Positions 25,438 through 34,676 of a DNA stretch of 64,000 nt are shown here, piece after piece (within the stretch, counting starts at the first letter, position 1; each line of letters begins with the position of its first letter). Made by a program: the position numbers and the translations under genes. The notes beneath the pieces are model-generated. The model did no database searches, was not told where the DNA came from, and saw nothing but the letters and a program-made list of their open reading frames with translations. The stretch comes from an uncultured Gemmatimonadales bacterium (GTDB lineage Bacteria > Gemmatimonadota > Gemmatimonadetes > Gemmatimonadales > GWC2-71-9): NCBI GenBank assembly GCA_963739455.1, contig CAVUAK010000001.1, positions 96,001 through 160,000 of the forward strand, written 5' to 3'.

Positions 25438-26346
25438 ATGAACTCCATGTCTGGCGTGTTCGCCCCGGTGGTCACGCCTTTCCGCCCCAATCTCGAGCCC
25501 GACCCCGATCGCCTCATCCGCCATTGCCGCTGGCTCCTGGCCAACGACGTCGGCCTGGCCGTCTTCGGCACCAACTCCGAGGGCAACTCCCTCTCGGTCG
25601 ACGAGCGCATCAGTCTCCTGGACGCCCTGGTCGACGCCGGCATCGACCCCGCTCGCATGATGCCCGGCACCGGCTGCAGCGCCTTCACCGACACCGTTCG
25701 CCTCACCGCGCACGCCGTCAAGCTCGGCTGCGGTGGTGCCCTCATGCTCCCGCCCTTCTTCTACAAGAACCTGAGCGACGAGGGCGTGTTCCGTACCTAC
25801 TCCGAGATCATCCAGCGCGTCGGCGACACTCGCCTCCGCGTCTTGCTCTATCACATCCCCCAGTTCTCCATGGTGCCGATCACGATCGCACTCACCGAGC
25901 GCTTGCTGGCGGCCTACCCCGGTCAGGTCGCCGGCATGAAGGACAGCAGTGGCGACTGGTCCAACACCGCGGCGTTCCTCGATGCCTTCGCTGCTGACGG
26001 CTTCCAGGTCTTCCCCGCCGCGGAGACGATGTTGCTGAAGGCACTCCCGCTGCGCGCCGCCGGCTGCATCAGCGCCACCGCCAACGTGAACCCCGGCCCC
26101 ATCGCCGACATGTACCGCACCTGGCGCGATCCCGGCGCCGACGCGAAGCAGGCTCGGCTCGACGTCATCCGCGCCATCTTCGCCCGGTTCCCCATGATCC
26201 CCGGCCTCAAGGCCGCCGTCGCTCACTTCAGCGGTGACCCTGACTGGCGCACCGTCCGCCCGCCCCTTACGTCGATCGAGCCACAGGTGGAGCAGGATCT
26301 TCTCTCCGCCCTCAATGACGCAGGCTTCACCATGCCCGGCCTCTAA
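25438..26346 (+). CDS. Dihydrodipicolinate synthase / N-acetylneuraminate lyase family protein
   Basis: PVVTPF, GTNSEG, PPFFY, LYHIPQ, GMKDSSGD (Schiff-base Lys). Confidence 0.9.
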   Translation: MNSMSGVFAPVVTPFRPNLEPDPDRLIRHCRWLLANDVGLAVFGTNSEGNSLSVDERISLLDALVDAGIDPARMMPGTGCSAFTDTVRLTAHAVKLGCGGALMLPPFFYKNLSDEGVFRTYSEIIQRVGDTRLRVLLYHIPQFSMVPITIALTERLLAAYPGQVAGMKDSSGDWSNTAAFLDAFAADGFQVFPAAETMLLKALPLRAAGCISATANVNPGPIADMYRTWRDPGADAKQARLDVIRAIFARFPMIPGLKAAVAHFSGDPDWRTVRPPLTSIEPQVEQDLLSALNDAGFTMPGL

Positions 26347-26359
26347 CGGATCACTCACC

Positions 26360-26429
26360 CCCCTCACCCCTCACCCCTCACCCCTCACCACCTCCCCGCC
26401 TTCCCCGCCCTCCCCGCCCTCCCCGCCTT
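26360..26429 (+). repeat. Compound array (CCCCTCA)4 + (CCCCGCCYT)4 filling the intergenic gap
   Basis: Read directly; ends at the -10-like TATGTT upstream of deaD. Confidence 0.9.
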
Positions 26430-26440
26430 ATGTTCCCTTC

Positions 26441-28123
26441 ATGACAACCTTCAAGTCCCTCGGCCTCGCCCCCGCCCTCGTCGAAGCCCTCACGGCACTC
26501 GGCTACGAGGAACCCACCCCCGTCCAGCGCGAGTCGATCCCGCCCCTCCTCGAGGGACGTGATCTCCTGGGACAGGCCGCCACCGGCACCGGCAAGACCG
26601 CCGCCTTCGCCCTCCCGCTGCTGCAGCAGCTGTCGAAGGAGGCGCCCGAGCCCAGCCGCCCCGCGGTGCTCGTGCTCGTCCCCACCCGCGAACTCGCCAT
26701 GCAGGTCGCCGAGGCCTTTCATCGCTACGGCCGCGCCGTTGGCGCCCGCACCGTGCCGATCTATGGAGGACAGTCGTTCAGCCAGCAGATTTCCGTGCTC
26801 CGTCGAGGCGTGCATGTCGTTGTCGCCACGCCCGGTCGCGCACTCGATCACATCCGGCGCAACACCCTCGACCTGAGCGGCATCCTGGCCATCGTGCTCG
26901 ACGAAGCCGACGAGATGCTCGACATGGGGTTCGCCGATGAGCTCGAGGCCATTCTCGAGGCGGCTCCGGCGAAGCGGCAGACCGCGCTCTTCTCCGCGAC
27001 GCTCCCTGCGCGCATCGCCAAGATCGCCGAGCGTCACCTCGACGATCCAGTCCGCGTGCTCGTGCTCAGCGAGAAGACCCCGGCAGGTGCACTCCCCAAG
27101 GTCCGCCAGACCGCGTACGTCCTGTCACGCGCGCAGAAGGTCCCGGCACTCGGCCTGGTGCTCGACCTCGAGGCCCCGACGCTTGCTCTCGTCTTCTGTC
27201 GCACTCGTCACGAGGTGGACAACCTCGCCGAGAGCCTCTCCGGTCGCGGCTATCGGGTCGAGGCCCTGCATGGCGGACTCAACCAGCTCCAGCGCGACCG
27301 CGTCATGAAGCGCGCCCGCGGCGGCACTGTTGACGTCCTCGTCGCCACCGACGTCGCCGCGCGTGGGCTCGACATCGAGCACATCACCCACGTCATCAAC
27401 TTCGATGTCCCCGAGTCGCCCCAGACCTATGTGCACCGCATTGGCCGCACCGGTCGCGCCGGGCGTGAGGGCGTGGCAATCACCTTCGCCGAGCCGCGCG
27501 AGCACCGGTTGCTGCGCAGCATCGAGTCGATGACCAAGCAGAAGATCAGCGTGGCTCCGCTCCCCACCGTGCATGACATCAAGGCCAAGCGGCTGGAGAT
27601 CACCCGCGCCGACATCCGCGAGACCATCCAGGCCGGCGGCCTCGACAAGTATCGCGTGGTGGTGGAGACGCTTTCGGAAGAGTTCGACATCATGGACATC
27701 GCCGCGGCGGCGGTACAGCTCGCCCATCAGGCCGAGGCGGGAGAGGAGCCGGTCGAGATCCCGCCTGCGCCCGAGCCCACGAGGCGCGAGCGCCCCGCGA
27801 AGACCGACAAGTACGCGAAGCATGGCGACAAGTCCGAGCGGCCCGCCAGGAAGCCCGCCGGTCGCGGCCCGAAGATGGTCCGCGTCTTCATCGGCTCAGG
27901 CAAGACCGCCAACATGCGCCCCGCCGACCTCGTCGGCGCCATTGCCAACGAGGCCGGTATCGAGGCCAAGAGCATCGGCAGCATCGAGATCAGTGAGAAG
28001 TTTTCGCTGGTGGAGTTGCCCGAGGAACTGGTCGACGACGTCATCAAGGCGCTGCGCAGCACCACGATCAAGGGGAAGAAGCAGACCGTCCGCCGCGACG
28101 CCGCGAACAGGCGGGGCTCGTAG
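26441..28123 (+). CDS. deaD: DEAD-box RNA helicase DeaD/CsdA type with C-terminal DbpA RNA-binding domain
   Basis: Q-motif, ATGTGKT, PTRELA, TPGR, DEADEML, SAT, ARGLD, HRIGRTGRAG, RPADLVGAIANE. Confidence 0.92.
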   Translation: MTTFKSLGLAPALVEALTALGYEEPTPVQRESIPPLLEGRDLLGQAATGTGKTAAFALPLLQQLSKEAPEPSRPAVLVLVPTRELAMQVAEAFHRYGRAVGARTVPIYGGQSFSQQISVLRRGVHVVVATPGRALDHIRRNTLDLSGILAIVLDEADEMLDMGFADELEAILEAAPAKRQTALFSATLPARIAKIAERHLDDPVRVLVLSEKTPAGALPKVRQTAYVLSRAQKVPALGLVLDLEAPTLALVFCRTRHEVDNLAESLSGRGYRVEALHGGLNQLQRDRVMKRARGGTVDVLVATDVAARGLDIEHITHVINFDVPESPQTYVHRIGRTGRAGREGVAITFAEPREHRLLRSIESMTKQKISVAPLPTVHDIKAKRLEITRADIRETIQAGGLDKYRVVVETLSEEFDIMDIAAAAVQLAHQAEAGEEPVEIPPAPEPTRRERPAKTDKYAKHGDKSERPARKPAGRGPKMVRVFIGSGKTANMRPADLVGAIANEAGIEAKSIGSIEISEKFSLVELPEELVDDVIKALRSTTIKGKKQTVRRDAANRRGS

Positions 28124-28209
28124 GTCATTGCGAGGCCGCGAAGCGGCTGAAGCAATCCCGGTGCATCGGCACGGAGCGCCCCGAGTCATCCTGAGCGAAG
28201 CGAAGGATC
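28124..28209 (+). repeat. Two REP-like palindromes (GTCATTGCGAG...GCAATC and GTCATCCTGAGCGAAGCGAAGGATC)
   Basis: Directly after the deaD stop; the first unit recurs at 38960-38996; shape matches CGTC/GTC-tagged REP families. Confidence 0.75.
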
Positions 28210-28251
28210 GTTCGACTGTCTGGTGAACAATGCTGAGGCCGAGAGACGACC

Positions 28252-28695
28252 ATGCCCGCCCGCAAGACAGGCAAGGCCCTGCCGAAGACCATGCTCACCG
28301 GCAAGGCGAGCCCCGCAAAGGCGGCGAACGGTGACAAGCCCGTCTTTGCCTACATCGCCAGCCTGCCCGAACCTCAGCGCGGCATCGCCGAACGAGTCGA
28401 TGCCCTCGCGGCGAGGACGCTCCCCGGCTTGCAGCGCTCCGTGAAGTGGGGCATGTCGTACTATGGCGTCGGCGATGGCTGGTGCTTCTCTTGCGGTGCC
28501 TTCGACAGCCACGTCAAGCTCATGTTCATCAACGGCGTGGCACTCAAGCCCGTGCCGCCGGTGACGCCGGTGGCCATGGGCAAGTCGACGCGGGGCATCG
28601 AACTCGAATCGGGGGAAGACCTCGACGAACGCCAGATCGCCGCGTGGATGAAACAGGTTGCGGCCATGCCCGGTGTCGGGGGCAGGAAACGCTAG
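28252..28695 (+). CDS. DUF1801 (YdhG-like) domain protein
   Basis: YIASLPEPQR, SVKWG..YYG, HVKLMFINGVAL.P. Confidence 0.8.
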   Translation: MPARKTGKALPKTMLTGKASPAKAANGDKPVFAYIASLPEPQRGIAERVDALAARTLPGLQRSVKWGMSYYGVGDGWCFSCGAFDSHVKLMFINGVALKPVPPVTPVAMGKSTRGIELESGEDLDERQIAAWMKQVAAMPGVGGRKR

Positions 28696-28731
28696 GCACG
28701 TGCTCGTCCCAGCGGAATCGGAGCGTCTCAT

Positions 28732-28857
28732 AGGTCAGGTCAGGGGTGGTCGCCTCGAGAACACCATCTGCGGCGGCACGGACGCAGGAGCCCTGGTTGC
28801 GGAGGTATTTCCAGGCCGCAGCGGGTGTTCGAGAGGCGGCCACTCCTGACCTGACCT
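28732..28857. mobile_element. 126-bp long-hairpin element with terminal inverted repeats (MITE-like)
   Basis: 25-bp TIR AGGTCAGGTCAGGGGTGGTCGCCTC / GAGGCGGCCACTCCTGACCTGACCT; CAT on both flanks. Confidence 0.6.
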
Positions 28858-28942
28858 CATCCGAACCGGCCGCGCCAGACCCGCCGCTGCGACTCCCCGG
28901 CCGCGCCATTATCATCCTCGCTTACCCACACCAGGGTCCTCT

Positions 28943-31852
28943 CTGAACAACTCAGTCGCCCGCCTCACCGCCGCCCTCGCCAGCCGCTACCGCATCGAAC
29001 GCGAGCTTGGCCAGGGCGGCATGGCCACCGTCTATCTCGCCGAGGACCTCAAGCACCACCGTCGTGTCGCCATCAAGGTGCTGCGTCCTGAGCTGGCCGC
29101 GTCGCTCGGCGCCGAGCGCTTCAGTCGCGAGATCGAGGTCGCCGCCCGCCTCCAGCACCCCCACATCCTGGGCGTGCTCGATTCCGGCGACGCCGATGGC
29201 TTCTTCTACTACGTCATGCCCTACGTCGAGGGCGAGACCCTCCGCGACCGCCTCGCTCGTTCCGGCGAGCTCCCCGTCGCGGACGCCGTGAGGCTCCTCT
29301 CCGAGGTCGCCGAGGCACTCTCCGTCGCCCATCGTGCTGGCGTGGTCCACCGCGACATCAAGCCCGAGAACGTCCTCCTCTCCGGCCGCCATGCCATGGT
29401 CATGGACTTCGGCGTCGCCAAGGCCGTCACCGAGGCCACCGGTGAGCACAACCTCACGAGCGTCGGCGTGGCACTCGGCACTCCGTCATACATGGCACCT
29501 GAGCAAGCGTCCGCCGACCCACAAATGGACGCGCGCGTCGACATCTATGCCGTCGGCGTCATGGGCTACGAGATGCTGACCGGGCACACGCCCTTCCCCG
29601 GTCTCAACCCGCAACAGACGCTGGCAGCGCACGTCACCCAGGCGCCGATCCCGGTGGGGCAGCAGCGCGCGGGCCTGTCACCCGTGCTCGACGCCGTCAT
29701 CATGCGCTGCCTGGCAAAGCGTCCAGCCGATCGCTACCAGACCGCCGATGATCTGGTGACGGCACTCGAGCCACTCACCGCGTCGAGTGGTGGAATCACG
29801 CCGACGCACACGCAGGCGGTGCCGTCGCTCGCAATGGCACCCGCGAAGAAGCCCGTCCGCACATACGCCATTGCGGGGGCCGCAGCACTCGCACTCATCG
29901 CGGCGCTCTTCACGTGGAAGCCCTGGGACCGCACCGCTGCGAAGCCGCTTGATGCCAACGTCGTCGCGGTCATGCCCTTCCGCGTCGCCGGCGCCGATCC
30001 CAGCGTCCAGTATCTCCGCCAGGGCATGCTCGACCTTCTGCAAGCCAAGCTCACTGGCCAGGGCGGTCCCCGCGCCGCCGATACCCGCTCCGTCCTCGCC
30101 GCCGTGCGCGATGGCGGCGGCACCGACACCCAGGACCTCGACGGCACCGGCGTGGCCACGCTCGCGAAGAAGATTGGTGCCGGCCGGGTACTGCAGGGCA
30201 GTATCGTCGGTCCGGCCGATCACCTTGTCATCAGTGGCTCGCTGCTGGAGATGCCGGGCGGCAGGACCATCGCCCAGACCAGCGTGGAAGGCCCGAAGGA
30301 CAGCCTCTTCACTCTCGTCGACCGCTTCACGGCGCAGCTCTTGGCACTCGGTGCCGGGGCGAGCCAGAACCAGCTGAGCACGCTCACCACCACCAACCTC
30401 GACGCACTGCGCGCCTACCTCGACGGCGTCACTGCCTACCGGCGCGCCGCCTTCCAGGTGGCGACACCGCTGCTCGAGAATGCGGTGTCACTCGACTCTA
30501 CCTTCGCCCTCGCTCTCTCTGCACTCATCGAAGCCGACGGCTGGCACACTGCGAACGGTGACATGAACCGGGTCCGCCGCCTCGCATGGCAGTATCGCGA
30601 CCGGCTCAACCCGCAGGACCAGCTCTTCCTCTCCCTGCGACTCGGCTCGGCCTGGCCGAAGTACACGCCCTGGAATGTGCAGATCGCCGACGCCGAGAAG
30701 GCGATCCAGCGCATGCCCGAGAGCGCCGACGCCTGGTACTACCTCGGCGACGCGCTCTTCCACTTCGGCCTCCTCAGCGACGTGCCCGATCCCCAGCCGC
30801 GCGCGCGTCGCGCGTTCGAGCAGGCGTTCCAGCGTGATTCGCTGTATGGCGCCCCGGTGCAGCACCTCGCCGCCCTGACCTTCGCCACAGGCGATACCGC
30901 GGCGCAGCGGCTCTGGACGAAGCGGTTGGAATCACTCGACGCGGCGGCGGAGGGCGTCTACAACTCCCGCTGGCAACTCCTGTCCGCCATGCATGATGCG
31001 AAGGGCGTGACGGCGTGGCTCGCAGTCATCGATACCTTGGCCGCTGACGCTCCCGGCGCGCTCATCCTCATGAACTCCCTCGACAGCACCACCATCGCGC
31101 ACCAGGACGACTTCTTCGACATGGTGCGGCGGAAGGCGACGTCGAAGGCCGAGCGGAACGAGATGGCATTCGCCCGCACGCTGGTGCTCATGAACCGCGG
31201 TCGTGCTGCTGACGCGGGACGCATGCTCGATACGCTCGCCACCATCGGACCCAGCGCTGATGTGCTTCTTCGACTGCTGGGCGGCATCTATGGCGGTGGG
31301 CCGACGCCCGATACCACCAGGATGGAGCCGGAGCAGGTCGACTACTGGCGGCTCTCACAGGGAGATACTGTCGCCGGCAAGCGGGTCGTTGCCGTCTTCA
31401 ACCAGCGCGCCTTGACCGACACCCTTCAGCGGGTCTGGTACGCGATTGCACCCCTCGCCGAGGCGATGCTCGCAGTGAGCCGGGGAGATTCGAAGGCCGC
31501 CCAGCTGGTTGACCGTGCCGATTCACTCTGGATCGGCCGCGAAGGCAACCAGTTCTGGGCGTCGATCCAGCTGGCGCGCTTGTATGAGGCCCAGGGTCGC
31601 ACCGATCGCGCGCTCCGCGCGGTACGCCGACGCTGGCAGCCGCTGGGCCAGCCGGCCATTCAGATGCTCGCCGAGTCCTATCGTCTCGAGGGACAGCTCG
31701 CCGCCAAGCTCGGCGATCGCCAGGCGGCCATAGCGGCCTACAAGAACTATCTGAAGCTACGGTTCGATCCCGATTCGTCCCGCATTCCCCAGCGCGACAG
31801 CGTCCGCGCCGAGTACGCCGCCATCGCCGACGTCGAGAAGCAGAAGCCGTGA
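28943..31852 (+). CDS. Ser/Thr kinase-TM-TolB_N-like/TPR receptor, paralog 5 (probable CTG start)
   Basis: Kinase motifs HRDIKPEN/DFG/APEQ; TM; VVAVMPF; TTNLDALRAYLDG; TPR-like helical C-terminus. Confidence 0.9.
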   Translation: MNNSVARLTAALASRYRIERELGQGGMATVYLAEDLKHHRRVAIKVLRPELAASLGAERFSREIEVAARLQHPHILGVLDSGDADGFFYYVMPYVEGETLRDRLARSGELPVADAVRLLSEVAEALSVAHRAGVVHRDIKPENVLLSGRHAMVMDFGVAKAVTEATGEHNLTSVGVALGTPSYMAPEQASADPQMDARVDIYAVGVMGYEMLTGHTPFPGLNPQQTLAAHVTQAPIPVGQQRAGLSPVLDAVIMRCLAKRPADRYQTADDLVTALEPLTASSGGITPTHTQAVPSLAMAPAKKPVRTYAIAGAAALALIAALFTWKPWDRTAAKPLDANVVAVMPFRVAGADPSVQYLRQGMLDLLQAKLTGQGGPRAADTRSVLAAVRDGGGTDTQDLDGTGVATLAKKIGAGRVLQGSIVGPADHLVISGSLLEMPGGRTIAQTSVEGPKDSLFTLVDRFTAQLLALGAGASQNQLSTLTTTNLDALRAYLDGVTAYRRAAFQVATPLLENAVSLDSTFALALSALIEADGWHTANGDMNRVRRLAWQYRDRLNPQDQLFLSLRLGSAWPKYTPWNVQIADAEKAIQRMPESADAWYYLGDALFHFGLLSDVPDPQPRARRAFEQAFQRDSLYGAPVQHLAALTFATGDTAAQRLWTKRLESLDAAAEGVYNSRWQLLSAMHDAKGVTAWLAVIDTLAADAPGALILMNSLDSTTIAHQDDFFDMVRRKATSKAERNEMAFARTLVLMNRGRAADAGRMLDTLATIGPSADVLLRLLGGIYGGGPTPDTTRMEPEQVDYWRLSQGDTVAGKRVVAVFNQRALTDTLQRVWYAIAPLAEAMLAVSRGDSKAAQLVDRADSLWIGREGNQFWASIQLARLYEAQGRTDRALRAVRRRWQPLGQPAIQMLAESYRLEGQLAAKLGDRQAAIAAYKNYLKLRFDPDSSRIPQRDSVRAEYAAIADVEKQKP

Positions 31853-31890
31853 ACAAGGGCACGAGTCGGCGCACCGGTAGGTGACCAGAG

Positions 31891-33582
31891 GTGCCGACAC
31901 CACCGCCGGACCAGGATGCGACAAGCCAGGACCTTCGGTGGCGTGAAGTCCGCAATATCGTACTCGCACGCGACGGCCACGCCTGCAGGTCGTGCGGGGC
32001 GCCGTGCCGCCAGGGCGAAGCTGATGTTCATCACCTGATTTCGCGTGCCATGGGCGGAGACGACGACGCCGCAAACCTTGTAACGCTTTGCGATGGCTGT
32101 CACGCCGCACACCATCCAAATCTTCAGGGCACACTCGCCCGTCGAATGATTGAGCGCTGGGGATTGCGACTGGCCATGTGGCTGGATCGTCAACACCACC
32201 TGGGCAATGTCGATGAGTCGCTCGGTGTCGCGCTTCGCCTGCTCGGGGTCAAGCGCTTTCGCACACCGCAGTTGGAGGTCGTCCTCGCCGCGCTTCGCCG
32301 AGAGTCACTCCTCTTCGTCAGCGCTACCGGATCGGGCAAGTCGCTCTGCTTTCAGGTGCCGGTCCTGCTGAGTCGGGGGTGCGGGTTTGTGATTTCGCCC
32401 CTGAAGGCGCTGATGAACCAGCAGGTTGCCGCGCTGAACGCGAAGAAGATCCCAGGCAGTTTCATAAACGGGGATTTGGGACCACGCGAGAAGCAGATCC
32501 GCTATCAGTTGCTGCGAGACGGTGCGATCAAGTTCCTGTACTGTACCCCCGAGCGCTTTGACCCTGAAATGGTGCGTCCATCCGAGGTTCAGGAGATCCT
32601 CCGGACACGACCCAGCTACCTGATAGTCGATGAAGCACACTGCATCGACCGCTGGGGCAACGATTTCAGGCCGAACTATGGCAGGTTGGGTGCGGTACGT
32701 AGCGCCCTTGGCAACCCGCCGGTCCTCGCGTTCACCGCCACTGCCGGCGTAGCGAGTCAACGGCGCATCCTGGACTCGCTTGGAATACCGGACGCTCGGG
32801 TAGTGGTAACTGGTGTCAACCGGCCGAACATTGCGCTAGCGCGACTTGATGACGTGAAGGACGACCTGCGCTACTCTGTCATCAAGAGCCTTCTGGGTCT
32901 CATTCCTGACGATCGGGCAATGCTGTTCGTGCCTACCGTCAAAATCGGCAAGCAGCTTCAAGACGGCCTGAGGAAACTTGGCTTGGACCTGCCCTTCTAC
33001 TACTCAGGACTTGCCACGGCCAATGACCGCGAGCTGCTCCTCGCCCGTGTTACCGGTCGCGCTGAGCCACGGGCGCCAGCCGTGATCTGCACGAGCGCCT
33101 TCGGGATGGGACTCGATGTCCCCAATGTTCGACTTGTCGTTCATTGGCAGCATCCAGCGTCAGTAGAGGACTACCTGCAGGAGTTCGGTCGCGCGGGACG
33201 CGATGGCCTTCCCTCCATGGCGGTGCTGTTCACTGGCAAGAATGATGTGGACTTGCTTCGCTTCATGGCCGCGAAGACAATTGCGCAGGCCAACCTCGAC
33301 CCTTCAGCTGAGCAGGCGACGGCCAATGCCAGGGATTGCGCCATTGAGGACATGCACCGACTGGCCACTTCGCGCGGTGACTGTTTTCGCGGTGCGCTCA
33401 TTCAGTACTTTGAGGGGCCCGCGTCGCCGAACCGAAGGCCGCTTGCCGTCAGAATCGTTGACTGGCTCTTCTCGCGCACCGGCAAGACTGGGAAAACAGA
33501 GAAGTGCTGTGATACGTGTGACGGCGTCGGCGTTTACAACATTGTCGAGTGGGCCGCTGGTGCCCTGGGGCACACTCCATAG
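31891..33582 (+). CDS. HNH endonuclease - RecQ-family helicase fusion
   Basis: N-term RDGHACRSC..VHH..GG...NLVTLCDGCH; ATGSGKSLCFQ, VISPLKALM, VDEAHCI..WGNDFRP, TATA, AFGMGLD, QEFGRAGRDG; C-terminal Cys cluster. Confidence 0.9.
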   Translation: MPTPPPDQDATSQDLRWREVRNIVLARDGHACRSCGAPCRQGEADVHHLISRAMGGDDDAANLVTLCDGCHAAHHPNLQGTLARRMIERWGLRLAMWLDRQHHLGNVDESLGVALRLLGVKRFRTPQLEVVLAALRRESLLFVSATGSGKSLCFQVPVLLSRGCGFVISPLKALMNQQVAALNAKKIPGSFINGDLGPREKQIRYQLLRDGAIKFLYCTPERFDPEMVRPSEVQEILRTRPSYLIVDEAHCIDRWGNDFRPNYGRLGAVRSALGNPPVLAFTATAGVASQRRILDSLGIPDARVVVTGVNRPNIALARLDDVKDDLRYSVIKSLLGLIPDDRAMLFVPTVKIGKQLQDGLRKLGLDLPFYYSGLATANDRELLLARVTGRAEPRAPAVICTSAFGMGLDVPNVRLVVHWQHPASVEDYLQEFGRAGRDGLPSMAVLFTGKNDVDLLRFMAAKTIAQANLDPSAEQATANARDCAIEDMHRLATSRGDCFRGALIQYFEGPASPNRRPLAVRIVDWLFSRTGKTGKTEKCCDTCDGVGVYNIVEWAAGALGHTP

Positions 33583-33597
33583 CCCGCGCCAGCATCA

Positions 33598-33804
33598 TCA
33601 CTTCGCCACCATCACCTCGGTCGACTTCACGATCGCCGAGACTGTGTCACCCTCCTTCAGCCCCAACCCCTCCGCACTCGACCGCGTAATGATCGAGACG
33701 AGTTGCTGCCCCGCGCCGAGATCGATGACAACCTCCGCCATGAGCCCATCCACGCGAAGAGAGACGATCCGGCCCTTCAGCTGATTGCGAGCGCTGATCT
33801 GCAT
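33598..33804 (-). CDS. Molybdate-binding TOBE/Mop (molbindin) protein
   Basis: MQISARNQLKG...SIIT..S...LGL..GD.V.AIVKSTEVM, 68 aa. Confidence 0.9.
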   Translation of the reverse strand: MQISARNQLKGRIVSLRVDGLMAEVVIDLGAGQQLVSIITRSSAEGLGLKEGDTVSAIVKSTEVMVAK

Positions 33805-33877
33805 TTGATTGATCTCCAGTCGAGTTGTGACGCCGAACGCCCGGTTGGCTCCGCGACGGCGCGCTGACGGGAATGAA

Positions 33878-34000
33878 GTGGCCGGGAGGGCGGGGCGCCC
33901 CTCGGAGGGGCTCGTGGAACGCACCCGTGAATGCAAGCGACGGGGAACTCCTGCGTGCGTTCCCCTTGCCCCGAGAGGGGCGCCCCTCCCGACCTGGCCA
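33878..34000 (+). repeat. Structured nested-palindrome intergenic element, copy B
   Basis: Stems GGGGCGCCCCTC/GAGGGGCGCCCC, GGGGC/GCCCC, GGAACGCAC/GTGCGTTCC; conserved CGACGGGGAACTCC. Confidence 0.85.
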
Positions 34001-34001
34001 G

Positions 34002-34676
34002 CTATCGAAACGTCCCTCCTCCCGCCCGATCATCCACGACGAACCGGTCATGCGCCGGCATCTTCACCTTCGGCAACGTCTCCGCATTCATGATCGCCGA
34101 GTCTGCGATTACCCCGTTCGCCGCCAGCAGGTAAGCCGTCACCGCATAGATCTCCTCCGGCTGCAGCGATCCAGGCGCCGTCAACGGCATCGCCCGGTTG
34201 ATGTAGTCGTACAGCGTCGTCGCATACGGCCAGTAGTTACCGATCGTGTGCGTAATCTTGAAGTCGGTGTCGAAGCTGAAGTCCGCCGGCTCGCGGTCCA
34301 CCAGTTTCGGGTAGGCCGGCGGCGCTCCCTGCCCCGCATCGCCATGACAGGCCGCGCACTTCGCCGCGAACACCACTTTCCCGTCAGCCACCGTTCCCTG
34401 CCCTGGCGGCAGGTTCCTCCCCGTCGGGTTCACGCTCTTGTCCCACGCCGATAGCTCTTCCGCCGTTGGCGCCCGCCCCAGACCCAACGACCCGGCCGGC
34501 ACAGCTGACAACTCACTGACGACTGCCGACTGACGACTGCCGACTCCCATCGCCGACTGCCGACTGCCGACTCCCATCGCCGACTGCCGACTGCCGACTC
34601 CCATCGCCGACTGCCGACTGCCGCCTCCCTCGCACCCCATGAGCAGTGCCACTAGCACCCACGTCACCCGCCTCAT
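34002..34676 (-). CDS. soxD: SoxD-like monoheme c-type cytochrome lipoprotein
   Basis: Lipobox LLMGC, CAACHG, TIGNYWPYATTLYDYINRAMP; overlaps the soxC stop. Confidence 0.85.
   Translation of the reverse strand: MRRVTWVLVALLMGCEGGGSRQSAMGVGSRQSAMGVGSRQSAMGVGSRQSAVVSELSAVPAGSLGLGRAPTAEELSAWDKSVNPTGRNLPPGQGTVADGKVVFAAKCAACHGDAGQGAPPAYPKLVDREPADFSFDTDFKITHTIGNYWPYATTLYDYINRAMPLTAPGSLQPEEIYAVTAYLLAANGVIADSAIMNAETLPKVKMPAHDRFVVDDRAGGGTFR
34504..34629 (+). repeat. Heptamer array with a 27-bp higher-order unit x3, inside the cytochrome gene
   Basis: (actccc atcgccg actgccg actgccg)x3, encoding GSRQSAMGV repeats on the - strand. Confidence 0.92.

Noticed and set aside
25174..26367. N-terminal extension of the 900-aa minus-strand ORF
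   Set aside because: Antisense shadow of the DHDPS-like gene plus the intergenic element; homology starts at Met 25173.
28732..28857. SRP (4.5S) or 6S RNA
   Set aside because: Lacks the SRP apical CAGG..GGAA..AGCA arrangement; too short and without the central bubble for 6S.
33805..34000. Moco riboswitch upstream of mop
   Set aside because: I cannot match the Moco RNA consensus, and the main element also occurs at 25262 beside unrelated genes. The GAGTTCCCCG likeness to type I-E CRISPR repeats is only 10 nt.
34504..34629. CRISPR array
   Set aside because: The 27-bp units are contiguous with no unique spacers, lie in a CDS, and no cas genes are present.
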